Shown: in pieces, positions 18,318-26,583 of the stretch
Layout of the letters: every line of letters starts with the position of its first letter
Position numbering within the stretch: the first letter of the stretch is position 1
Assembly: GCA_943330755.2 (NCBI GenBank)
Contig: CALQIY020000001.1
Span: 7,955 to 71,954 of the forward strand
Reading direction: 5' to 3'
DNA: 64,000 nt
Source: Opitutus sp. GAS368
GTDB taxonomy: Bacteria; Verrucomicrobiota; Verrucomicrobiia; Opitutales; UBA953
The notes under the pieces: generated by a model
Told to the model about the DNA's origin: nothing
The model's database searches: none
The model's input: only the letters and a program-made list of their open reading frames with translations
Program-made: the position numbers and the translations under genes

Positions 18318-18599
18318 ATGTCAACCCATGTCTCCCATCGGGAAGTCTGGTACACAGGCCATGTCCAAGGGGTCGGTTTTCGTGCCCAAGTCCTCGCAAT
18401 TGCCCGCGGTTTCGATGTCACAGGTTTCGTCCAGAATCTCACGGACGGGCGGGTCTACCTCCATGCTGAAGGGGCTGAAAAAGAGCTGGATGCCTTCGCG
18501 GCCGACATTCTCAAGTCTTTGGACGGCCATATTCGCAACGTCGAGGAGCGCTCCTTCGCCGGCCTGCGCACCGCGCAAACCTTCACAATCAAGCGATGA
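18318..18599 (+). CDS. acylphosphatase
   Basis: 93 aa with the GHVQGVGFR signature. Confidence 0.85.
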   Translation: MSTHVSHREVWYTGHVQGVGFRAQVLAIARGFDVTGFVQNLTDGRVYLHAEGAEKELDAFAADILKSLDGHIRNVEERSFAGLRTAQTFTIKR

Positions 18600-19453
18600 C
18601 CACCGCGAGTGCCATTTCCGTCCAAGGACTCACCAAGGATTTCCGGGTGGGCCTCCGCGGCCTCAAATTGCGCGCGGTCGACAACCTGACCTTGGAGATT
18701 CCGCGCGGACAGGTCTTCGGGCTTCTCGGTCCCAATGGTTGCGGTAAGAGCACGACCTTGAAGATCGTCCTCGGCCTGGTCCCCGCGACGACCGGCACCA
18801 TCAGCATCTTGGGTTCGCCTTCGGCGACCGCGGCAGCCCGCCAGCGTACGGGGTTTCTGCCCGAGGCGCCTTATTTCCATAAGTTCCTCACCGGCCGCGA
18901 GCTCGTCGAATACTGCGCCCGCCTCAGCGGCGTCCCCGCGGATAAAGTCACCGCAGCCGTCGAAGCCTCGCTGGAACTGGCCGCCATGACCGAAGCGGCC
19001 AACCGCCCGATCGGCACCTATTCGAAAGGCATGCTGCAGCGCATCGGTCTCGCGCAAGCCATCGTCCACGACCCGGAACTCGTCATCCTCGACGAGCCGA
19101 CCGCCGGCGTCGACCCGGTTGGCTCGGCGGCCATCGGCCGCATGATCCATGCCATGCGCGCCAAGGGGAAGACCATCGTGCTGTGTTCGCACCTCCTGGG
19201 CCAAGTCGAGCAAGTCTGCGACCGCGTCGCCATCATGGACCGTGGTCGCCTTGTCCTGGAAGGACGCGTCGACGAGGTCCTGGCCCAGCGCGACCGCCAC
19301 GTCATCACCGTCGAAGCCCTTTCCCCGGCCGCCCGCGCCGCCGCCGAAGCGGCGCTCGCCGCCCATGGCGCGACGGTCACTTCCATCACCCACCCCCGCC
19401 GTTCGCTGGAAGACCTCTTCCGGGAACTGGTCACCGGTAGCCGCGATGCCTGA
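18596..19453 (+). CDS. ABC transporter ATP-binding protein
   Basis: Walker A GPNGCGKST, signature YSKGMLQR and Walker B LVILDEP. ATGA overlap with the acylphosphatase stop. Confidence 0.9.
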   Translation: MTTASAISVQGLTKDFRVGLRGLKLRAVDNLTLEIPRGQVFGLLGPNGCGKSTTLKIVLGLVPATTGTISILGSPSATAAARQRTGFLPEAPYFHKFLTGRELVEYCARLSGVPADKVTAAVEASLELAAMTEAANRPIGTYSKGMLQRIGLAQAIVHDPELVILDEPTAGVDPVGSAAIGRMIHAMRAKGKTIVLCSHLLGQVEQVCDRVAIMDRGRLVLEGRVDEVLAQRDRHVITVEALSPAARAAAEAALAAHGATVTSITHPRRSLEDLFRELVTGSRDA

Positions 19454-20291
19454 CATGAACGCCCGTCTCACCCGTTCCAGCTGGATTGCCCGCATCACCT
19501 TTTTGGAGGCCATCCGGCAACGCTTCTTCGCCTTCCTCCTGGTCCTCTCGGCGGCCATGGTGGTGTCCTCGGTTTCCTTCCGCTTCATGGACTTCGGCCA
19601 CAGCGAACTCAAATTCGTCGCCGACTTCGCCTTTGGCGGGATGTTCCTGTTCGGCTCCGTCTTGGCGCTCGTCATGACCGCCCAACTGTTCTTCGCGGAG
19701 ATCGATAACCGCACGGCCCTGACGTTGTTGGCCAAGCCGCTGAGCCGGACGGAATTCCTGCTCGGGAAATTCCTGGGGACGTGGGCCGTGCTGGGCGTCT
19801 TCGTCTTCAGCTTGGCTTTCCTGCAAGGGGTCATCCTGTGGAGCCGCACCCAAGAACTCATCGTGCTGGCCGCCGAAAGCGGACGCGTCGCACCCGACTT
19901 CAGCGTCAGTGGCCTCGCCGCCTTTGCCGTGTTGCAGTGGTTCCGCCTCGGCGTCGTCGCCGCGATGGTGCTCATGGTTTCGGCGGTCGCGCGGACTTTC
20001 CTCTTCGCGGTGATCGTGGGGGCGATGGCCATCGTCGCCGGCCAGCTGCAATGGCTGGCGCAGGAAGCCTTGCTCAAGCCGAGCGACGCGAACGCCCTGA
20101 CCAAGGGGCTGCTCTGGCTCTCCAGCCGGGTCATCCCCAACCTTCAGCAATTCAACATCGGCGACACGCTCGTCCTCGACCCCACGGCCATTTCCGGTGA
20201 CGCCGTCTGGTCCGTGGTCCTATCCGGCTTTTTCTACCTGGTCGCCTTCTTGGCCTTGGCGAGCCTGGCCTTCCGGCGGAGGGAAATCTAA
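19446..20291 (+). CDS. ABC-2-type transporter permease
   Basis: About six hydrophobic segments. ATG 19446 overlaps the ATPase stop by 8 nt. The track ORF start at 19149 lies inside the ATPase gene. Confidence 0.75.
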   Translation: MPDMNARLTRSSWIARITFLEAIRQRFFAFLLVLSAAMVVSSVSFRFMDFGHSELKFVADFAFGGMFLFGSVLALVMTAQLFFAEIDNRTALTLLAKPLSRTEFLLGKFLGTWAVLGVFVFSLAFLQGVILWSRTQELIVLAAESGRVAPDFSVSGLAAFAVLQWFRLGVVAAMVLMVSAVARTFLFAVIVGAMAIVAGQLQWLAQEALLKPSDANALTKGLLWLSSRVIPNLQQFNIGDTLVLDPTAISGDAVWSVVLSGFFYLVAFLALASLAFRRREI

Positions 20292-20293
20292 CC

Positions 20294-21064
20294 ATGCGCC
20301 GTGCGGCCCCATGGATCGTCGCCGGCCTGCTGTTGCTCGGCGCGGGCGCCTACTCCGAAACCTCCTGGCGCGGCGTGCGTCAAGCGGTGCCGGAAATCGG
20401 GCGCAAGCAGATCGAGCCAACCCTCGGTCAAGGCGTCTTGCTGGGCATCCTCGGTGGACTACGCACGATCGTCGCGGATGCGACCTGGCTCCGCAGTTAT
20501 GTCTTCTGGGAGAAGCGCGACCGCGCCGGCTGCGAAGCCCTGATGAAGACGGCCTGCGCGCTGGACCCACGGTCCCGCTTCTTCTGGGAAAACACCGGGT
20601 ACGCCGTCGGCTACGATTTCGCGCATTGGGAAATCCGTCGACGTGGTGGCTACACCAAGGTCTCGCCCGAGATCCAGGACGGCATCTTTCGCCGATACGC
20701 CCAACTGGGCTTGGCGGTCTTCGAAGATGGGGTCGAACACACCGGCGGCAATTCCGGCATCCTGATCTCCGCGGGCCAACTCGCCGAAATCAAACTCAAG
20801 GACAACCTCCTCGCGGCTTCTTATTATCGACGGGCCACTCAAGCGAAGTCGGTCCCGTGGTTCGCCTACTTCATGTGCGCCCGGACCATGTGGGAGGCCG
20901 GTCAGAAGAAGGAGGCCTATGCTTGGTACAGCGCCCAGTGGTTGGCGAAGCTGAAGAAGGAAGAGGACGGCGCCCCCGACGACCTGGAGCGCCTCCGCTT
21001 CATGGAAGACGAACTCAAGGTCCCGGTGCTGCAGCGCATCCCGCGCCAACCTTGGGAGAAGTAA
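20294..21064 (+). CDS. hypothetical membrane protein (two N-terminal TM segments plus an aromatic-rich helical domain)
   Basis: ATG lies 2 nt after the permease stop. TM candidates are WIVAGLLLLGAGAY and GVLLGILGGLRTIV. No family recognised by eye. Confidence 0.5.
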   Translation: MRRAAPWIVAGLLLLGAGAYSETSWRGVRQAVPEIGRKQIEPTLGQGVLLGILGGLRTIVADATWLRSYVFWEKRDRAGCEALMKTACALDPRSRFFWENTGYAVGYDFAHWEIRRRGGYTKVSPEIQDGIFRRYAQLGLAVFEDGVEHTGGNSGILISAGQLAEIKLKDNLLAASYYRRATQAKSVPWFAYFMCARTMWEAGQKKEAYAWYSAQWLAKLKKEEDGAPDDLERLRFMEDELKVPVLQRIPRQPWEK

Positions 21065-23803
21065 TCAGAACGGCTTGTTCTCGTCCGGCACGTCCGTCGC
21101 CACGGCGCCTTTCTTCGGGCCCTTCGGCTTGCGCGGCGGGAAGGCGAACCACCAACCCTTGTCCTTATCGGCGACGAGGAACGCCTCGAAGCCGCGGTTC
21201 GTGCGCTTGGAGATGAACTTCTTCAGCGGGGACTTACCTTGGTTCAAGATGGCCCGGACATCCTCGGCGGAAATGGGCGCCTTGAGCATCTCGGCATTCA
21301 AGCTGAAGGTCTTCTTGGCACCCGCGGCCTGCGCCTTCTGGGGGCAGACGCGATAACCGTTGGTCGGCGTGTGCTGGACGGGCAAGCCCGAGACCGGGCA
21401 GGGCCCGAGGATCGGCCAATCGGCATCGAAAGCATCGGGGTTGCCGTCCACGCCCTCGCGCGGCGGCAGGAAGAGCACCGCCTTGAGGCGACCGGTGGGC
21501 TTCTTGGCTTTGACCTTCTTCGGCTTGGCGGCTTCGGCCCCTTCGACCGGAGCGGCGGGTTTCTCAGCCGGCTTGTCCTTCCAAGAGACGATGGAGTCCT
21601 CATCGACCAAGTCGACGAACCCCGTGAAATTCTTGCCCGACTTCATGGACTTGAAGTCCGTGAAGGGACCGATGCGACGCTTCTCGACGAGTTCGGCGAG
21701 TTCCTTGGGGGTGACGGTGTGGCCGTTGATGCCGATGTAGACCAAGACCATCGGCTTCTTGCCGTCTTCGGAGCGATCCTGCGAGAAGAAGCTTTCGCCG
21801 TTCGTGAGCATCGGCTTGCCGTCGGAAGGGGAGAGCACCGTGGGCTCGACCTGCGTCGGAGCCTCTTCCTTGCCGCCCAGTTCGACCATTTCCTTCACCT
21901 GGGCCTTGATCTCGGCGATGAACTGCTTCACCGGCAGCTTGCCTTGCTCGATGAGCCGGAGCTTGTACTCCCACTCGCCCGTCAGGCGCGCTTCCGAGAG
22001 GAAGGACAACTTCATCTTGTGGATGAATTGATGCAGCTGGAAAGCCTTCGCCAGGGGGACGAGTTCCTTGCCCTGACGCTCGATGTACTTCTTGTTGTCG
22101 CTGAGCAGTTCTTCGATGGTGGCGGCACGCGTCGCCGGAGTGCCGAGGCCGCGTTCCTTCATCGCTTCCGCCAAGGCTTCATCGTCGACGAGCTTGCCCG
22201 CGTTTTCCATCGCGCCCAGCAAGGAGGCTTCATTGTAGCGGGCAGGGGGCTTGGTGGCGTCCTGCTTGACGTTGAGGTCGACCAGCTTGGCCTTGGCGGG
22301 GTTACCGTCCGCGGCGCCCAGGGCCGGTAAATTGGCGGCGCCTTCCTTGTCCTTATCTTCTTCGGCATCGGCTTCCTGTCCCCAGACGGCGCGCCAACCG
22401 GAGACGACGAGGACCTTGCCGGTCGTGCGGAAATTATGGGGGCCGACCATGGTCGTACGCACGGTCTCCTCGAACTCGGCCATCGGGAAGAACACCGCGA
22501 CGAAGCGACGCACGACCAGATCGTAGATGCGCGCTTCCACATCGCTCATGCCATGCGGGATCGTGCCGGTCGGAACGATCGCGAAGTGGTCGCTGACCTT
22601 CTTGTTGTCGAAGACGCGCTTGCCCGCGGCATCGACCCAACCCTTGGTCAGGGCTTCCCGGGCATGTTGGCCGACGGAATGTCCATTCGAGAGCGACTGC
22701 AGCACTTCCTTGGCGGTCGCCACGTGATCCTCCGGGAGGTACTGGGAGTCGGTACGCGGGTAGGTGAGCGCCTTGTGGTGCTCGTAGAGGCGCTGGGCCG
22801 CGGCCAAGGTCGTCTTGGCGGAGAAGCCGAACCGACGGTTGCCTTCGCGTTGCAGCGTCGTGAGGTCGAGGAGGCGCGGGGCGCTTTCCTTCTTCGGCTT
22901 ACGCTCATCGCTGACGGTGCCGACGCCGAGCTGCTGGGATTCCGTGGCGACCTTGCGGCCCGCCTCCTCTTCGAAGAAACGTTCGGCATCCTTGCGGTCG
23001 GTGACGCCGGGAACCTGCGCGACACCGCGGTACTGTCCCGCCGCGACGGCGAAGTTGGCTTCGATCTTCCAGAAAGTCTTGGGGACAAAGCGGCGGATTT
23101 CCAACTCGCGCTCGACGATGAGCATGAGCGTCGGAGTCTGGACGCGGCCCGCCGAATAGGATTCGCGACGCAGGGCGCCGCCGATGCGGATGGTCGAGAA
23201 GCGCGTGGCGTTCATGCCGACCAGCCAATCGGCCTGGGAGCGGGCCACGGCGGAATCGCGGAGGCCTTCCTTGGCGGACTCGGGCAACAAGTGGGCGAAA
23301 CTATCGAGGATCGCCGAGTTCGTCATGCTGGTCAGCCAGAGGCGCTGCAGCGGCAACTTCCGGCCCGTCAACGTATAGATGTTATGCAGGATCAGTTCAC
23401 CTTCCCGACCCGCGTCGCAAGCGTTGACGACGGAACCGACGTCCTTGCGGAGGAGGAGCTTCTTGAGCAGCTTGTACCGGCTGCCGTCGTTACGCTCGCC
23501 TTCGATGACCTTGAGGATGTCATCGCAGACCGTGCCGTCGAACTTCTCGGGCAAGATCGGAAGGTCCTTCAGCGTCCAGCGCTTGAACTTGGGGTCGATG
23601 TCCTGCGGATCCTTGAGCCGGACGAGGTGGCCGATGGCGGAACTGATCACCCACTGCTCGTTTTCGAAGATATCTCCCACCTTCGGCACCTTCAACGCCT
23701 TGGCGAGGTCCTGCGCCACGGAAGGCTTTTCCGCGATGACGAGGGACTTGGAGCCGGGGGCGGCGGATTCGGTGTCGACTGACTTGGAGGGCTTCTTGCG
23801 CAT
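21065..23803 (-). CDS. topB: type IA DNA topoisomerase (topoisomerase III-like) with C-terminal repeat extension
   Basis: Toprim LVIAEKPSVAQDLAKAL and the active-site Tyr region LTYPRTDSQYLP. The C-terminal ~260 aa carries two copies of the topoisomerase C-terminal repeat and a Lys-rich linker. Confidence 0.85.
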   Translation of the reverse strand: MRKKPSKSVDTESAAPGSKSLVIAEKPSVAQDLAKALKVPKVGDIFENEQWVISSAIGHLVRLKDPQDIDPKFKRWTLKDLPILPEKFDGTVCDDILKVIEGERNDGSRYKLLKKLLLRKDVGSVVNACDAGREGELILHNIYTLTGRKLPLQRLWLTSMTNSAILDSFAHLLPESAKEGLRDSAVARSQADWLVGMNATRFSTIRIGGALRRESYSAGRVQTPTLMLIVERELEIRRFVPKTFWKIEANFAVAAGQYRGVAQVPGVTDRKDAERFFEEEAGRKVATESQQLGVGTVSDERKPKKESAPRLLDLTTLQREGNRRFGFSAKTTLAAAQRLYEHHKALTYPRTDSQYLPEDHVATAKEVLQSLSNGHSVGQHAREALTKGWVDAAGKRVFDNKKVSDHFAIVPTGTIPHGMSDVEARIYDLVVRRFVAVFFPMAEFEETVRTTMVGPHNFRTTGKVLVVSGWRAVWGQEADAEEDKDKEGAANLPALGAADGNPAKAKLVDLNVKQDATKPPARYNEASLLGAMENAGKLVDDEALAEAMKERGLGTPATRAATIEELLSDNKKYIERQGKELVPLAKAFQLHQFIHKMKLSFLSEARLTGEWEYKLRLIEQGKLPVKQFIAEIKAQVKEMVELGGKEEAPTQVEPTVLSPSDGKPMLTNGESFFSQDRSEDGKKPMVLVYIGINGHTVTPKELAELVEKRRIGPFTDFKSMKSGKNFTGFVDLVDEDSIVSWKDKPAEKPAAPVEGAEAAKPKKVKAKKPTGRLKAVLFLPPREGVDGNPDAFDADWPILGPCPVSGLPVQHTPTNGYRVCPQKAQAAGAKKTFSLNAEMLKAPISAEDVRAILNQGKSPLKKFISKRTNRGFEAFLVADKDKGWWFAFPPRKPKGPKKGAVATDVPDENKPF

Positions 23804-23835
23804 GCGTAGGATGATAACCGAGTGTCAAGCGTCGG

Positions 23836-24915
23836 TCACATCCCCTGCTCGGCGAGGGCGTCGTCAAGCGCGGCAATGAGGGTGGCAATCGTGGCGTCGG
23901 ATTCGTCGCCCATGTTGGAGATGCGGAACGTCTTGCCCTTCAGCTTGCCGTAGCCGCCATCGATGACGAGCTTATGGCGGGACTTCAGGGTCTTGTTGAG
24001 GCGCTCGAGGTCGGCGTTGCGGTCGTTCTTGAAGCAGTTGAGGCCGCGGGTCGCGAACTTCTCCTCGGGCAGGAGGGAGAAACCCTTGCCGTAACCCCAG
24101 GCCCGGACGCGCTCATTCAGGCGGCGGTGACGTTCGAAGCGGTTCTCCAGGCCTTCGGCGTCGACCTGATGCAGGCGAGCCTGCAGGCCATAGAAGAGCG
24201 AGATGCAGGGGGTGGAGGGAGTCATGCCCTTCACGTGATTGTCGTGGAATTCGATCAGGTCGAAATAGTAGCCACGGTCCGCGCTCTGCTTGGCGCGTTC
24301 GCGGGCCCGTTCACTGACGGCGAAGATCGCGAGACCGGGGGGCAGGGCGAGGGCCTTCTGCGAACCGGTCAGCAGGATGTCGACGCCCAGCTGGTCCTTG
24401 GCGATCGGCAAGGTCGAGAACGAGCTGACGGTGTCGGCGATCGAGATGACATCCGGGAACTCGCGGACGACGGCCATGATGTCGGCGATCGGCGAAAGCG
24501 TGCCGGTGGACGTTTCGGAATGGATGAAGGTGATGCAATCGAACTTCCCCGTGGCCAAAGCCTTGCGGACGGCTTCCGGGTCGATCGGCTTACCCCAGTC
24601 GAACTGCAGCGCTTCGGCGTACTTTCCGCAGCGCTTGGCGACGTCATTCCATTTGTCCGAGAAAGCGCCGTTCATGCAGTTCAACACGCCCTTGCGGCAG
24701 ACGTTGCGGAGCGCGCCTTCCATGACGCCCCAGGCCGAGCTGGTGCTCAGGTAGACGGGATCTTGGGTGACGAACATCTTCTGCAGGCGAGGCTGCATGT
24801 CCTCATAGAGAGAGACGAAGTCCTTGGAACGGTGGCCGATCATGGGCTTACCCATCGCTTGGACGATGTCAGCGGAAACGGTCAGGGGGCCGGGAATGTA
24901 GAGGCGGTAGCTCAT
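23836..24915 (-). CDS. class V aminotransferase (alanine--glyoxylate / serine--pyruvate aminotransferase family)
   Basis: MSYRLYIPGPLTV.. N-terminus and the PLP-lysine region LLTGSQKALALPPGL. ATGA overlap with the panD stop. Confidence 0.8.
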   Translation of the reverse strand: MSYRLYIPGPLTVSADIVQAMGKPMIGHRSKDFVSLYEDMQPRLQKMFVTQDPVYLSTSSAWGVMEGALRNVCRKGVLNCMNGAFSDKWNDVAKRCGKYAEALQFDWGKPIDPEAVRKALATGKFDCITFIHSETSTGTLSPIADIMAVVREFPDVISIADTVSSFSTLPIAKDQLGVDILLTGSQKALALPPGLAIFAVSERARERAKQSADRGYYFDLIEFHDNHVKGMTPSTPCISLFYGLQARLHQVDAEGLENRFERHRRLNERVRAWGYGKGFSLLPEEKFATRGLNCFKNDRNADLERLNKTLKSRHKLVIDGGYGKLKGKTFRISNMGDESDATIATLIAALDDALAEQGM

Positions 24916-25313
24916 CGTTGGAAAGTGGTTAGGAGGTCGACGGGAACTTCGGGGTTTTCGAGACGGACGATACGGCGGTTGCGTTCGGCCAAAGTGGCGG
25001 TCTTGGGCTTCCACGTCTTGGCCTCCTCGGGCGACAGCTCAGCGAAGGTCATGATGACCAACAGGTCGCCCGTCTTGCCTAGGTGGGCCGTGGCCCCATT
25101 GAGGCAGATCTCGCGGGTGCCGGCCGGGGCCGGGATGGCGTAGGTCTCGAAACGCTCGCCGTTGGCGAGGTTCCCGACCAGAATCTTCTCGTAAGGCAGC
25201 ATTCCCACCAAGTTCATGAGCTCGATGTCGATGGCGAGGGAACCCTCGTAATCGAGACGGGCACCGGTGACTTCGGCGCGGAGCAGCTTGGTGCGCAACA
25301 GGTGGTAAAGCAT
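24912..25313 (-). CDS. panD: aspartate 1-decarboxylase
   Basis: MLYHLLRTKLLRAEVT.. with the self-cleavage site YEGSLAID; 133 aa. Confidence 0.93.
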   Translation of the reverse strand: MLYHLLRTKLLRAEVTGARLDYEGSLAIDIELMNLVGMLPYEKILVGNLANGERFETYAIPAPAGTREICLNGATAHLGKTGDLLVIMTFAELSPEEAKTWKPKTATLAERNRRIVRLENPEVPVDLLTTFQR

Positions 25314-25380
25314 GGCGCTAAGCCCACCTTCTCACTCGGGATGCTTGCCTGCGTCAAACAAGTTTGCATCGTGGCGTCAC

Positions 25381-26583
25381 ATGGCGGCCAAACATCGAGG
25401 CGTTTTCTCATCCATCGGCGAGGCCGTGGCGAGCTTCGCCGTGGACGTCGTTTATGAGCGCAAAAAAGGCTTCGGGGCGATGCTCTTAGGCGGCTTTTTG
25501 CGAGTGCTTTCATGGGTTTTCGGACTTCTGGTCCGGCTGCGTCTTTGGCTCTATCGGCACCGCCTCTTTCGGGACACCCCACTGGGGTGTAAGGTCGTCG
25601 TCGTGGGAAATTTGACCGTCGGGGGGACGGGGAAGACCCCCATCGTCATGAAAATGGCCCGGGTCCTCGCTCAGCGTGGTCGAAAAGTGGCGATTCTCTC
25701 CCGCGGTTACAAAGGGGCGTCCGACTCCATGGCCAAGCGCTTTTGGCGCTGGCTGACGCAGGGTAGCCGTCCCGACCCTTTGGTGGTCTCGGACGGCAAA
25801 AAGGTCCTGGTCGGCCCAGATGAGGCCGGCGATGAGCCTTACATGATGGCGGCCAACCTCACCGACACCGGCGTGGTCGTCATCGTGGACCGAGACCGCG
25901 TCGAAGGCGGCCGGTTCGCCCTGCGCCGTTTCGGGGTGGACACCATCTTGCTCGATGACGGGCTGCAATACCTCCCGTTGCGCGGTCAGATCAACCTCTT
26001 GCTCGTCGATAGCCATGACCCTTTCGGGAACGGGGCCATGCTGCCGCGCGGCATCCTCCGCGAACCTGTCTCCAACCTGAGCCGCGCGTCCTATGTCTTC
26101 ATCACCAAGTCCTCGGGCCCGCCGGCGGAGTCTTTGGTCAGCCTGATCCGTCGGCATAACCCCCGCGCCGAAATCATCGCCTGCGCCCATACCGCGAAGG
26201 AGTTGGTCGACCTCGAGTCAGGCGTGGCCGTGTCCTTGGCGAGCCTCCAAGGCAAGCGGGTGGCCTCGTTCTCCGGCATCGCGACCCCGGAGCGCTTCGA
26301 AGAGACGCTCCGCGGGCAAGGGGCCGTCATCGTCGCGAACCGCCGCTTCCTCGATCACCATGCCTTCAACGACGAAGACTTGGACGAAGTCCTCGACCGC
26401 GCCTTGCGCGCCAAGGCCGAGATGATCGTCACGACGGAAAAAGATGCGGTCCGCATCCAAGGCCGCTTCCGGCCGCCCATTCCCTTGGTCTTCATCCGGC
26501 TCGAGGTGGAGATCCTCGGCGACCGCGACGGCTTCAACGCGGCCGTCGAACGGATCTGCCTCGGGCCTTCGGCGCAGCGCTGA
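25381..26583 (+). CDS. lpxK: tetraacyldisaccharide 4'-kinase
   Basis: P-loop [15 protein letters not shown] and ILSRGYKG. The start is uncertain (ATG at 25312, 25381 or 25480). 25312 would share the CATG with the divergent panD start. Confidence 0.88.
   Translation: MAAKHRGVFSSIGEAVASFAVDVVYERKKGFGAMLLGGFLRVLSWVFGLLVRLRLWLYRHRLFRDTPLGCKVVVVGNLTVGGTGKTPIVMKMARVLAQRGRKVAILSRGYKGASDSMAKRFWRWLTQGSRPDPLVVSDGKKVLVGPDEAGDEPYMMAANLTDTGVVVIVDRDRVEGGRFALRRFGVDTILLDDGLQYLPLRGQINLLLVDSHDPFGNGAMLPRGILREPVSNLSRASYVFITKSSGPPAESLVSLIRRHNPRAEIIACAHTAKELVDLESGVAVSLASLQGKRVASFSGIATPERFEETLRGQGAVIVANRRFLDHHAFNDEDLDEVLDRALRAKAEMIVTTEKDAVRIQGRFRPPIPLVFIRLEVEILGDRDGFNAAVERICLGPSAQR

Noticed and set aside
18455-20140. 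561-aa minus-strand ORF. A similar one is 30846..32333 (-, 495 aa).
   Set aside because: They lie antisense to the ABC ATPase/permease genes and to the GDH-subunit-3 gene, and out of frame with the methyltransferase. They are extremely Arg/Pro/Gly/Ala-rich and have no motifs.
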